A stretch of DNA of 39,417 nt from a virus (lineage: Duplodnaviria > Caudoviricetes), in the IMG/VR virus record IMGVR_UViG_3300017780_004221, positions 1 to 39,417 of that record; one strand, given 5' to 3'. Positions within the stretch are counted from its first letter, which is position 1. Each line of letters begins with the position of its first letter. The notes below the pieces were generated by a model. The model was not told the origin of the DNA. It saw nothing but the letters and a program-made list of their open reading frames with translations, and ran no database searches. Position numbers and translations under genes: made by a program. Shown one piece after another: positions 7,440 through 16,180 of the stretch.

Positions 7440-10211
7440 ATGTCAGAAAAAGAAGTTAAACTAAAAATACAGGGAATTAAAGGAGATACTGGTCCACAAG
7501 GTGAGCAGGGTGTTCAGGGTGAAGGAGGTGTGGATGGTAAGGACGGGAAAGATGGTAAGGACGGAAAGATAGGAAAGACAGGCCCTAAGGGTAAGGACGG
7601 AAAAGATGGTACAGACGGAATTGATGGTAAGGACGGAATTGACGGCAAGACCATTATTGTAAAAGAAACGTTTAAAGAGATTGAGATAGAGTACGAGACG
7701 ATCAAAAATGTCCCAAACATACCTCAAATTGTCAGAACTATTACGCAGGATATTTCTGCTAGAACTTATGACGCAAGTGAAATCGTAGGTCTTACTGAAT
7801 TTATTGAAGAAAATGCTCCTGCAGGAAGCGGGACTCCGGCAGGCTCAACACCTGATGTTCAGATAAACGACGGAGGGGTATTTGGAGCAGTTACTAGTCA
7901 CACGGGTTCAATAGCAAAAGTTCTTACACAGGTTGATGGCAACGCCCCTACATGGGAATACCCAGAGACCACGACTAGCCTAACATTCATGCTTACTAAC
8001 GGGGCATCGGACGTTTCAGGGTACAAGGTAGCAGTAGATTTGCCGGACTACACTCCTGGCGCACTTGGAACGATAACGACAGCGGGCGTATCTACCACCC
8101 CTACTCTACTTGAGGAATTTGTGACAGAAACAGGACATCCAAACAAGACCGCTATTCCAGTAGGCGTATTCCAATTTCATTTTGAAACTGAAAAGGCGGC
8201 AGGTTCCAACAACTACTACTGCTACGCCGAGATATACAAAAGGACATCAGGAGGTACTGAAACTCTCCTTGCCACTTCGGACATATCAACACAGACAGCG
8301 GTCAATACCGTAGTAAGCCAGAACGTATCAGCAATCAATACCGTAGCAGATGTAATAAACGCAACAGATAGAATTGTTGTAAAGATTTATGCTGTCATGC
8401 TTTCCTCTACCGCTACAATTAGCCTATATGTTGACGATACGACTGCCTCAAGGTTCGAGATACCATCGACTACCCTTTCAGTTCCAAGCCTGCAAGAGGT
8501 TACCGATAGAGGTTCTTCAACAACAAATAACATTACAGTTCCAGATGACGCATATGATGCTACAACATGGAATGGTAACACTGCTGTACCTACAAAGAAT
8601 GCAATTAGAGATAAAATAGAGTCTATGGGAAGTGGAGGATACACAAACCTCACCCAATTCGTAGACCAAACACCTAACACGGTTTTTTACTCTGACTCAT
8701 CGGGTGATGTAACAGAACTCGCACTTGGACCAGATGGGACATTTCTAAAATCAAACGGAGCAACTTCAGCACCATCGTTCGCAACACCTTCAGGTTCAGG
8801 AGACGTATCTAAGGTAGGAACACCAGTTAATAATCAGGTAGGAGTGTGGACTGGAGACGGAACTCTTGAGGGCGATACCGCTTTAACCTTTGATACCGCA
8901 ACAGATGTTCTCACAACAGGAGGAGTAAACCTTACAGGACAAACAGCCTCTACTATTGCAGGTTTTGATGCGTCAAAAAATGTCGTTACCTTACCAACCG
9001 CAACGTATCCTTCGCTTACAGAGTTATCATATGGAAAAGGTGTAACAAGTGCTATCCAAACTCAAATTGACTCTAAATTAGCGACAACTACGGCTGCATC
9101 AACATATCAACCGCTCGACTCTGATCTAACTACTATTGCAGGACTTACTGCTACAACAGATAACTTCATTCAGTCAAAGGCAGGGGCATGGGCCTCACGA
9201 ACAGTAGCTCAGGTAAAGTCAGACCTTGGACTTACAGGAACAAACAGCGGAGACCAGACAAGCATTGTCGGTATTACAGGAACCAAAGCCGAGTTTGATA
9301 CAGCAGTAACCGACGGTAACTTCTTGTATGTTGGGGACGTAACAACAAACGCCACTCATACAGGAGAAGTTACTGGTTCAGGAGCATTAACGGTAGATAA
9401 AACGGCGATTACAAACAAGTCGCTGGTTACGGCAGAAGGAGGAGACAAAATCCTTGTGGCAGATGCTTCGGATGCAGACAATCTAAAGTACGTCACGGCT
9501 CAGACTATTGCGGACCTTGCCACAGGGGGCGTATCGGACGGGGATAAAGGAGATATCACCGTATCTTCATCAGGAACCGTATGGAGCATAGACAACGCAG
9601 TGGTGGACATTGCGAACCTTTCAGCAACAGGAACGCCATCTGGAACTACATATCTAAGAGGCGACAACACATGGGCGACTGTAACAGCTGGTGTTGCATG
9701 GGGTGCTATTACAGGAACACTGTCTGCCCAAACTGATCTCACTACATATGTAACGGGTTTGCCCGTATCAACATTCTCAAACGATGCAGGCTATGTAGAC
9801 GGATCAATAGTCTCAGGATATACACTTCTTACAGGAACGACATCTAATCTGGACTTGGGAATTTATTATGTTCTTGCAAGAAGGGCTACACTAGAGGAAA
9901 TTATTGTGGGTAACCCTACTGGGGAACGTACTGATTTCCTTTCTGCGGGAACTCTTAGGGGGTACAACTCTTCAAACGCTAATACATGGTCACTTAGTCC
10001 AACTGGGGGAGCCACTCTTACTGAGGTTGTAATTCCAAACGGAATGACGAACTCCGTGGTTCTTAACACTAGTGGAATTACCCTCGATACGGCAACGATA
10101 TCGACAACTGGAGAGTCTGGGTTCTACAAGGCGGACGGTACAATAGACAACACTACGTACGGTGACATAACACAGGCACAAGTGTTTGCCAGATTATCAA
10201 TTGGATTTTAA
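7440..10211 (+). CDS. Second collagen-containing tail fibre protein
   Basis: 923 aa; GKDGKDG collagen repeats; shares four modules with 2666-6736. Confidence 0.8.
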   Translation: MSEKEVKLKIQGIKGDTGPQGEQGVQGEGGVDGKDGKDGKDGKIGKTGPKGKDGKDGTDGIDGKDGIDGKTIIVKETFKEIEIEYETIKNVPNIPQIVRTITQDISARTYDASEIVGLTEFIEENAPAGSGTPAGSTPDVQINDGGVFGAVTSHTGSIAKVLTQVDGNAPTWEYPETTTSLTFMLTNGASDVSGYKVAVDLPDYTPGALGTITTAGVSTTPTLLEEFVTETGHPNKTAIPVGVFQFHFETEKAAGSNNYYCYAEIYKRTSGGTETLLATSDISTQTAVNTVVSQNVSAINTVADVINATDRIVVKIYAVMLSSTATISLYVDDTTASRFEIPSTTLSVPSLQEVTDRGSSTTNNITVPDDAYDATTWNGNTAVPTKNAIRDKIESMGSGGYTNLTQFVDQTPNTVFYSDSSGDVTELALGPDGTFLKSNGATSAPSFATPSGSGDVSKVGTPVNNQVGVWTGDGTLEGDTALTFDTATDVLTTGGVNLTGQTASTIAGFDASKNVVTLPTATYPSLTELSYGKGVTSAIQTQIDSKLATTTAASTYQPLDSDLTTIAGLTATTDNFIQSKAGAWASRTVAQVKSDLGLTGTNSGDQTSIVGITGTKAEFDTAVTDGNFLYVGDVTTNATHTGEVTGSGALTVDKTAITNKSLVTAEGGDKILVADASDADNLKYVTAQTIADLATGGVSDGDKGDITVSSSGTVWSIDNAVVDIANLSATGTPSGTTYLRGDNTWATVTAGVAWGAITGTLSAQTDLTTYVTGLPVSTFSNDAGYVDGSIVSGYTLLTGTTSNLDLGIYYVLARRATLEEIIVGNPTGERTDFLSAGTLRGYNSSNANTWSLSPTGGATLTEVVIPNGMTNSVVLNTSGITLDTATISTTGESGFYKADGTIDNTTYGDITQAQVFARLSIGF
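9234..9674 (+). repeat. Fibre module A, copy 2
   Basis: Matches 3686-4126 at protein and DNA level with the same length. Confidence 0.95.
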
Positions 10212-10221
10212 CAATAAAAAT

Positions 10222-11571
10222 ATGATTTTAGCATCAACAGACGACAAAATTAACGTAGTTACCACAGGAGCAGGAGCGTTTGATGTTGACGTGCAGGCAG
10301 GCTGGGCAGACCAGACAACAACAACATTTGAACCAGGCAAATTAAGCACTAATATTACGACGGCGACTTCAACTCAAGTCGTAGCACCACCAGCCTCTCT
10401 TACAGTACGACAGGTAAAAACGCTAGTGATCTCAAACGTCCATGCAACCGACACGGTTACGATTGAGGTAATTTACAATGACAACGTTATCGACGTTAAA
10501 ATGTACGGTAGGACACTAGCTCCAGGGGAATCTGCTATATACGACGGAGCAAAGTGGACTCCGTACAACTCGGCAGGAACACCAGTTAACATTGCTTCAA
10601 GCGCAGCAACTAACATAGTCGCACAAACATCAGCAGGAGCTGGAGTATGGGACAAACCTACAGACTTCACACCATCGTGGGTCAGAGTCATCATGTGGGG
10701 GGCAGGAGGTGGTGGAGGGGCTGGTGGTAACCTCGCAACGGCGACTATCGTCAAGGGAGGTGGTGGTGGAGGAGGAGGTGCATTTAATGATAGAACGTTC
10801 AGAGCAAGTGACCTTGGAACGTCTGAGAACTTTATCGTGGGTACTGGAGGGCCAGGAGGTGCTTCGGGAGCAACAGGAGCGGCAGGAAATGACGGAACCG
10901 CAGGAACGCAGACATCGTTTGGAACGGTCATTAGAATGCTTGCTGGAGGTGGTGGTGGAGGGCGAGGAGGTGCAATCTCGGGAGTAGCAACGGGAGGTGG
11001 TGGTGGTGGTGGTACGGGAGGTTCAGGAGCAACGGCTTCTGGAACGGCAGCAGGAGTGGCTGGATTACCTATCGGTTCGGCAGCGTATGTAGGAGGTTCT
11101 GGAACTCCAGGTCCAATTACAGCAATCACAACACACGTTGGAGAGTTTGGAGGCGGTGGTGGTGCAGGTTCAACAGCAGTACCAGCTTCAATTGGAGCGG
11201 GTGGGTCATCTCTTCGTGGAGGTGGAGGTGGAGGAACAGGAGGACACAAGACGGCTACGACACCAACACTTGTTGCTGGTAGTGCAGGAGGAGCTTCTAA
11301 CTCATACGTTATTGGAGGAGGAGGAGCAGTCGGACTATCGCAGGCTTCCCCTACGGCTGGTACGGCAGGTGCTACTGGTAACTCCGCTCTTGGTGGTGGA
11401 GGTGGAGGTGGAGGAGGAGCTACATGGGCGGCTGCGACAGCCGGTGCAGTAGGAGGAGCAGGAGGTGGAGGTGGAGGTGGAGGTGGTGGAGGTGGTGCTG
11501 GAACAAACCCTGGACTTGGAGGTGTTGGAGGGGCAGGCGGAGCGGGGGCAATTTACATTATTACTTACTAA
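10222..11571 (+). CDS. Glycine-rich tail/structural protein
   Basis: Start refined to ATG 10222 (after an A-rich leader and the upstream stop). VRVIMWGAGGGGG...GGAGAIYIITY Gly-rich fibre domain. Confidence 0.75.
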   Translation: MILASTDDKINVVTTGAGAFDVDVQAGWADQTTTTFEPGKLSTNITTATSTQVVAPPASLTVRQVKTLVISNVHATDTVTIEVIYNDNVIDVKMYGRTLAPGESAIYDGAKWTPYNSAGTPVNIASSAATNIVAQTSAGAGVWDKPTDFTPSWVRVIMWGAGGGGGAGGNLATATIVKGGGGGGGGAFNDRTFRASDLGTSENFIVGTGGPGGASGATGAAGNDGTAGTQTSFGTVIRMLAGGGGGGRGGAISGVATGGGGGGGTGGSGATASGTAAGVAGLPIGSAAYVGGSGTPGPITAITTHVGEFGGGGGAGSTAVPASIGAGGSSLRGGGGGGTGGHKTATTPTLVAGSAGGASNSYVIGGGGAVGLSQASPTAGTAGATGNSALGGGGGGGGGATWAAATAGAVGGAGGGGGGGGGGGGAGTNPGLGGVGGAGGAGAIYIITY

Positions 11572-11583
11572 ACTAAAAACAAC

Positions 11584-11847
11584 GTGGCAACAACAAACAT
11601 AACAATAACTCTTACTACCCCAAATGGAGTGACAGTAGCACAAGCAATAGAGTGGTTCACAGACCAAAATGGATATCAGGAGAACGTAGCCGACCCAGTA
11701 ACAAGACTACTTATACCTAACCCAGAGACAAGAGCAGTATTCGCTAAAAGAAGAATTGCGGAATATGTAAAAGATACTATAAAAGCAAGGCGGATAAATG
11801 AGGCTCGCAATGCAGTAGTTATCACAGATGATGTAGAGGCTAGTTAG
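11584..11847 (+). CDS. Hypothetical protein (possible fibre assembly/chaperone)
   Basis: GTG start, 87 aa, directly follows the Gly-rich gene. Confidence 0.6.
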   Translation: MATTNITITLTTPNGVTVAQAIEWFTDQNGYQENVADPVTRLLIPNPETRAVFAKRRIAEYVKDTIKARRINEARNAVVITDDVEAS

Positions 11848-11864
11848 TGTGTATCTATTATCAA

Positions 11865-11873
11865 TGGTAAAAT
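11865..11873 (+). promoter_or_regulatory. Extended -10 promoter for the lysis genes
   Basis: TGG-TAAAAT (hexamer 11868-11873), 8 nt before ATG 11882. Confidence 0.55.
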
Positions 11874-11881
11874 AGAAATAT

Positions 11882-12112
11882 ATGGCAACAAAAAAAGTTC
11901 AAACAAAGGAATGGTATACGTCAAAGACAATTTGGTTCAATGCTCTCACAGTTATAACTGTTGTTGCTACTATGTTTGGGTATATGCCCGACCAAGAGAC
12001 AGCAGAGACTACATCGAATGTACTACTTGCTATCTCCCCTATTATCAACCTGGCTCTACGAATGATTACCGATAAAGGTTTGTCTTTGCCTACTGCGAAC
12101 CTAAAAGGATAA
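11882..12112 (+). CDS. Putative holin
   Basis: 76 aa, two hydrophobic segments, WYTSKTIWFN motif typical of small phage holins; upstream of the endolysin. Confidence 0.7.
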   Translation: MATKKVQTKEWYTSKTIWFNALTVITVVATMFGYMPDQETAETTSNVLLAISPIINLALRMITDKGLSLPTANLKG

Positions 12113-12432
12113 TGGACGAACACGTCAACATTACGAATGTTGAGATTATGAGAAACGACATGTCGTACATGAAAAACGACCTTGCGGAAATTAAGGCTAC
12201 CTTAAAAATTGTTCTTGAGAAGTATGTCCACAGAGAGGAAATGGCATCTAGGTTTGATAGAGTACAAGCCGAACTTGATAAACGTTTTGATGGTGCTCAT
12301 GCAAGAATAGATATGAAATGCGATAAAGAAGACTTAGAAAAAATAAACACTATCCTATCTCGACTTAATTGGATAATTATAACAGGTGTAATGGGAGGTA
12401 TTCTTGCACTTGTGATTAGTTATTCACAATAA
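12112..12432 (+). CDS. Coiled-coil protein with C-terminal transmembrane anchor (lysis-associated)
   Basis: Heptad-like N-terminus, C-terminal WIIITGVMGGILALVISY; translationally coupled to the holin. Confidence 0.65.
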   Translation: MDEHVNITNVEIMRNDMSYMKNDLAEIKATLKIVLEKYVHREEMASRFDRVQAELDKRFDGAHARIDMKCDKEDLEKINTILSRLNWIIITGVMGGILALVISYSQ

Positions 12433-12463
12433 AAGATTGACACAACTGCATAGGTGTTATAAT
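12420..12463 (+). promoter_or_regulatory. Promoter with upstream DnaA-box-like site
   Basis: TTATTCACA (12420-12428), TTGACA (12437-12442), 15 nt, TGt-TATAAT (12458-12463), 6 nt, ATG 12470. Confidence 0.75.
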
Positions 12464-12469
12464 ACCCTT

Positions 12470-12634
12470 ATGGAAAAAACAAACATCACGCCTGAACAGG
12501 CACTTAATAATTTGTATATTGCATCGACGAGAGCATCAATGAGTAAAGTAGAACATGACGCCTGTCTTGAGTCGGCAAAAGTTCTACAAGAAGCAATCAC
12601 TCCTAAAAAAGAAATAACTAAGAAGCACGCTTAA
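12470..12634 (+). CDS. Small hypothetical protein (leaderless)
   Basis: MEKTNITPEQALNNLY..., 54 aa. Start refined from the TTG at 12437, which is the -35 box. Confidence 0.65.
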   Translation: MEKTNITPEQALNNLYIASTRASMSKVEHDACLESAKVLQEAITPKKEITKKHA

Positions 12635-12652
12635 CGGCGTGCGTTTTAACAT

Positions 12653-13657
12653 ATGAAAACTGGAGCACTCATAGATATACGATCGGATAAAGAAAAGGCA
12701 AAAGACTTTTCTACTTTTGAGATTGGTTCGTCATCTGAGGTAAAATACGTCACAAAAGCACGAGCATTAAAATCCATTAAGACTATAAGGGACCAAAAGT
12801 CTACCTCAAGTTGCGGAGCACATGCTGGTGAGTTAGCAGTATCTCACCTTGGAGGTAGTGAGTATTCCCAAGCAAAGATATACCGTAACAGACAAAACTA
12901 CCCAGGAGAAGGTATGTATATAAAGGACATAACGGACATTGTAACTGACTTAGGTGTTGCCCAAGCAGATACTGTAAAGAAAACAGAGCAGGCATATAAC
13001 GCAGTGTCTAAGGATTTTGTTAAGGTATTCAACACATCAGGATACACCCTAGATTATTCCCCCACCTTTGACGAACTTGCTCGGGTATCTAATGTCCTTA
13101 AATTACCTCAAATAATCCTTTTATTTTCTAAGAATGGAAAGGAATATGGAAAGACACGTCCCGTAGCAGATAAGACATTCACCGATTCCTCGTCTGCCCT
13201 TATAAGACACTTTGTGGTAATCCCACCGAACTCAGCCTTTGTTGATAAGAAAGAACATTTCCTTATGATACAAGACTCATCTGGTTTTGGAGACGTTTTT
13301 GTAAGGGAGTTTAGTCGTGATTGGGTAGAAAAACGAGTCCTCGCTTCTACCTCACTCTATGTTTCTGCCCCTAGTTCACCATCGAAACTTCGCCATAAAG
13401 GATATATCTTCTCAAGAGACCTTACAGTGGGTTCTATTGGAACAGATGTTAAAGTGCTTCAAGAAACACTACAGGATTTTGGTTTTCTACCCAGTACCTT
13501 AGTGTGTACATCTTATTTTGGTGGTATGACCTTAAATGCAGTGAAACAGTTCCAAAAGAAATATGAGGAAAGTATATTGTGGAAAGTAGGATTAAAATTA
13601 CCAACTGGTTACTTCGGAACTCAGACACGCAGAAAGATTCAGGAGCTTCTAACCTAA
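12653..13657 (+). CDS. Endolysin: papain-like (C1) cysteine peptidase plus peptidoglycan-binding domain
   Basis: IRDQKSTSSCGAHA (oxyanion Gln and catalytic Cys), RHFVV (His), IQDSSG. C-terminal DLTVGSIGTDVKVLQ...YFGGMTLNAVKQFQ...TGYFGTQT is PG_binding_1-like. Confidence 0.8.
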   Translation: MKTGALIDIRSDKEKAKDFSTFEIGSSSEVKYVTKARALKSIKTIRDQKSTSSCGAHAGELAVSHLGGSEYSQAKIYRNRQNYPGEGMYIKDITDIVTDLGVAQADTVKKTEQAYNAVSKDFVKVFNTSGYTLDYSPTFDELARVSNVLKLPQIILLFSKNGKEYGKTRPVADKTFTDSSSALIRHFVVIPPNSAFVDKKEHFLMIQDSSGFGDVFVREFSRDWVEKRVLASTSLYVSAPSSPSKLRHKGYIFSRDLTVGSIGTDVKVLQETLQDFGFLPSTLVCTSYFGGMTLNAVKQFQKKYEESILWKVGLKLPTGYFGTQTRRKIQELLT

Positions 13658-13662
13658 ATAAA

Positions 13663-13857
13663 ATGGATAGAAGAGGCTACCTACGGATTGAAATTGTGAG
13701 GTGTGAGCAGAAACTTTCACAACTTACAGACCCCGAAAGGATAGCCATAGCAGCATCTTACATTCTGTTTCTTAAAAGGAGCCTTAAGCGAAAGGGCAGT
13801 GGTTTTAATTCCTTGGGAGGTATTGCCGCTGACATGGTAGAGAGGATACGGGACTAG
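13663..13857 (+). CDS. Hypothetical protein
   Basis: MDRRGYLRIEIVRCEQKL..., 64 aa; ATG 5 nt after the endolysin stop. Confidence 0.55.
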   Translation: MDRRGYLRIEIVRCEQKLSQLTDPERIAIAASYILFLKRSLKRKGSGFNSLGGIAADMVERIRD

Positions 13858-14081
13858 CAAAGCATGTGCCTTGGTTTGCGGTATCCGATGATCTCAAGGG
13901 TAACTTCGTCGTAGATCAAAACCGTACTCATCAGAGCCTTGTCTTTGCCGCATTTGAAGACGACACCTTCATACGGATCGACCTCCTTTGCCTTCTTCCA
14001 CCTGTTAGGCGTGCATTTCTGGCAGTACGTCCATGACGGGATAGTAAGATACCCGTCGCACTTCTTGCATGTTTTTTTCAT
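13854..14081 (-). CDS. Small zinc-ribbon protein (leaderless)
   Basis: MKKTCKKC...YCQKC with two CxxC pairs; TGG-TATTAT lies 6 nt before ATG 14081. Confidence 0.65.
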   Translation of the reverse strand: MKKTCKKCDGYLTIPSWTYCQKCTPNRWKKAKEVDPYEGVVFKCGKDKALMSTVLIYDEVTLEIIGYRKPRHMLC

Positions 14082-14142
14082 ACTGTAATAATACCACCCT
14101 TTCAAACCACAAAACGGAGTTTTCCACATGTAAAGACCACAG

Positions 14143-14168
14143 AGATGGTAAAGATGGTAAAATGGTAA
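14143..14168 (+). promoter_or_regulatory. Tandem (AG/A)ATGGTAA x3 containing extended -10 TGG-TAAAAT
   Basis: agatggtaa agatggtaa aatggtaa; TAAAAT at 14158-14163, upstream of the transglycosylase gene. Confidence 0.55.
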
Positions 14169-14240
14169 CTATACAGACCCTTCCCGAAACGCCGTGAGCT
14201 TACCGACAATCAGATACGACTACCCCGTGGGGGACACACC

Positions 14241-14723
14241 ATTTTACGAAACACAATCATATTCATAGTCACGTTTATCCTCTGGTACTTTGTGGCTTTT
14301 TTTATGCTTAGCGGTATTGCGGAGGCTGAGGCCCCTGTATTTGTAGCCCAAAGCACGGACAGCGTTCTTGAGCCTTCCGTTGCCCCTCCTAAACCCCTCC
14401 ACAAGACCCAAAATGCCACCACATTGAAAAGAAACTGCGAGGAGTACCGAGATATCATAAGCCAGTATGAGTGGGACGTAGAGACCGCTATGGCCGTATG
14501 TTCTTGCGAGAGTTCTGGAAATGCTAATGTAGTAAACGATAATCCAAAAACAGGAGATATGAGCATTGGCTTAATGCAGATCAATATAATAGGGTCTTTG
14601 GCTAAAGAAAGACCTAGCAAGGAGTGGCTGCTTGTACCAGAAAACAATATTTTATACTCTTTTGAGTTATATAAGGTAAGCGGATTCAATCCATGGTCAT
14701 GCTTTCATAAACTGGACTTGTAA
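14241..14723 (+). CDS. Membrane-anchored/secreted lytic transglycosylase (SLT-like); probable ATT start
   Basis: AVCSCESSGN (catalytic Glu), SIGLMQIN, FNPWSC. The in-frame extension upstream of GTG 14292 supplies the signal segment LRNTIIFIVTFILWYFVAFFML...AEA. Confidence 0.75.
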   Translation: MLRNTIIFIVTFILWYFVAFFMLSGIAEAEAPVFVAQSTDSVLEPSVAPPKPLHKTQNATTLKRNCEEYRDIISQYEWDVETAMAVCSCESSGNANVVNDNPKTGDMSIGLMQINIIGSLAKERPSKEWLLVPENNILYSFELYKVSGFNPWSCFHKLDL

Positions 14724-14747
14724 TACAACTTTCGGTATAATGGACGC

Positions 14748-15338
14748 ATGTTATGCAAAGCAAAAGGCTGTAGTAGAAAAGTTGTAGCAAAAGGTTGTTG
14801 TGACAAACACTATAGAAGGCTATGCAAGTACGGTTCGCTCACTATCCCACGAAGATGGGTCAATGCTGATTACAAATGTTCAGTAAAAGGGTGTTCAAAG
14901 AGAGCAAAGACAAAAAGGCTTTGTGTTGCTCATTATAATTTGTTGCTCAAGTGGGGGACACCAAAAACAATAAGGAAATATAGAGAAAAAAGAATTTGCA
15001 TAATGTGCGAAACCTCCTTTAAGCCAATCAGTACCAAAAATCAAAGGTTTTGCTCGAGAAAATGTTATTCCGAATATGTTAAGAAGCAAGGGAAAAGAAA
15101 ACCAATTGTCATGGACAGGAAATATAGGATGGTATATCTCCCAAATCATCCAATGGCAAATGCCAAGGGACATGTTTATGAACACAGGCTTGTTATGTCA
15201 GAACATCTAGGCAGGACTTTAAGCAGTGAAGAATTGGTACACCACATAAACGAAATACAGGACGACAACAGGATCGAAAATCTTTTACTGACCACTAGGC
15301 AGGAACACGTAAAATTCCATTGGAAAAACTGCAAGTAA
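14748..15338 (+). CDS. HNH homing endonuclease (HNH_3 type) with N-terminal zinc-binding repeats
   Basis: [12 protein letters not shown]...[16 protein letters not shown]...EHVKFH; CxxxGC...CxxHY repeats; TATAAT (14736-14741) lies 6 nt before ATG. Confidence 0.9.
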   Translation: MLCKAKGCSRKVVAKGCCDKHYRRLCKYGSLTIPRRWVNADYKCSVKGCSKRAKTKRLCVAHYNLLLKWGTPKTIRKYREKRICIMCETSFKPISTKNQRFCSRKCYSEYVKKQGKRKPIVMDRKYRMVYLPNHPMANAKGHVYEHRLVMSEHLGRTLSSEELVHHINEIQDDNRIENLLLTTRQEHVKFHWKNCK

Positions 15339-15454
15339 TATTTCTGGTCCGTTTGCAGGGGTGTAGTATCATGTATATAATTAAAAAACCTACACGAGTA
15401 GGAACGTACTTCTGAAAAACCAAATATTTCACAGAGATATACAACTCTTTTACT

Positions 15455-15487
15455 ACAAAAGCCGCCCAATCAACAGGCGGCTTTTGT
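15455..15487. terminator. Bidirectional intrinsic terminator
   Basis: Perfect 12-bp inverted repeat acaaaagccgcc-N9-ggcggcttttgt. Confidence 0.85.
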
Positions 15488-15510
15488 TTATACACAATAG
15501 GTGTCATACT
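15484..15510 (+). promoter_or_regulatory. Promoter of the accessory operon, overlapped by a DnaA-box-like site
   Basis: TTGTTT, 15 nt, TGt-CATACT; TTATACACA at 15488-15496. Shares ataggtgt before the -10 with the 12437 promoter. Confidence 0.5.
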
Positions 15511-15533
15511 TAATAGTACCGCTCATTGTAATC

Positions 15534-15638
15534 ATGAAAAAATTACTACTCCATATTGTCGTGGCGATTGCGGAGTTCGTCTTCGTTTTCGTCCTTGTTG
15601 CAGTGTATCTCCTCACCCCAAAAGAAAAAAAGAAATGA
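15534..15638 (+). CDS. 34-aa single-pass membrane peptide (MKKLLLHIVVAIAEFVFVFVLVAVYLLTPKEKKK)
   Basis: Below the ORF-track cutoff; hydrophobic core, basic ends; ATGA-coupled to the next gene. Confidence 0.65.
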   Translation: MKKLLLHIVVAIAEFVFVFVLVAVYLLTPKEKKK

Positions 15639-16180
15639 CTCTTTTTATGGCTCGGGACGTCGCAATGTATGTCCCTCCTTTCAAAAATACATTCGAGAGA
15701 CTCTACGCAGAGCATCTTAACCACTTCGTGCAGTTTAGTACGGGCGAGATTGGGTTCCTTGTGAAACCATCTATCGCCGTTTGTCCTCCGACTCTGACTC
15801 TTGATCAAGATGTTCATACTTCTGTCGGAGAATGTGTAAAATCAACGTTCCTTGCCAAAAGCATGTCACTTGCTCTGTCACTCTATTTTGTCCAAGGTGC
15901 TCCGCTCCAAGAGACACTTACGTTTAGGACCGCCCCTATCAAGCGGGACACGTTCCTTTTCAGACTTGACCCTACTAACGCATCAATAAGAACGCTTAAA
16001 ATTATTGAGTCTATTCCTACTAAAGGAATGACCGTAAAATACGCACATCCATCTGACTTCTTGCCTATTGTAGATAAGTATGGTCATTTTGTAGGCTTAT
16101 CTCTCGGGAAGAGCGATTCAAACCTTGTTATTGTTTCGGCAAAAGACATCATGCAATTAATTGTATGGCAAAAAGAATAA
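15635..16180 (+). CDS. Hypothetical protein, possibly a degenerate trypsin-like fold
   Basis: EIGFLVKPSIAVC resembles the GSGFLV...LT strand. FLPIVDKYGHFVGL...IVSAKDIMQLI resembles the trypsin-like C-terminus. GxSGG is absent. Confidence 0.45.
   Translation: MTLFMARDVAMYVPPFKNTFERLYAEHLNHFVQFSTGEIGFLVKPSIAVCPPTLTLDQDVHTSVGECVKSTFLAKSMSLALSLYFVQGAPLQETLTFRTAPIKRDTFLFRLDPTNASIRTLKIIESIPTKGMTVKYAHPSDFLPIVDKYGHFVGLSLGKSDSNLVIVSAKDIMQLIVWQKE

Noticed and set aside
3686-9674. Diversity-generating retroelement (TR/VR pair) suggested by the fibre repeats
   Set aside because: No reverse transcriptase is present, both copies are coding, and differences are mostly synonymous rather than adenine-specific.
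10473-11249. 258-aa Pro-rich antisense ORF, and similar shadows over the collagen and Thr-rich genes
   Set aside because: These are reverse-complement shadows of GGN-rich codons with no promoter or start context.
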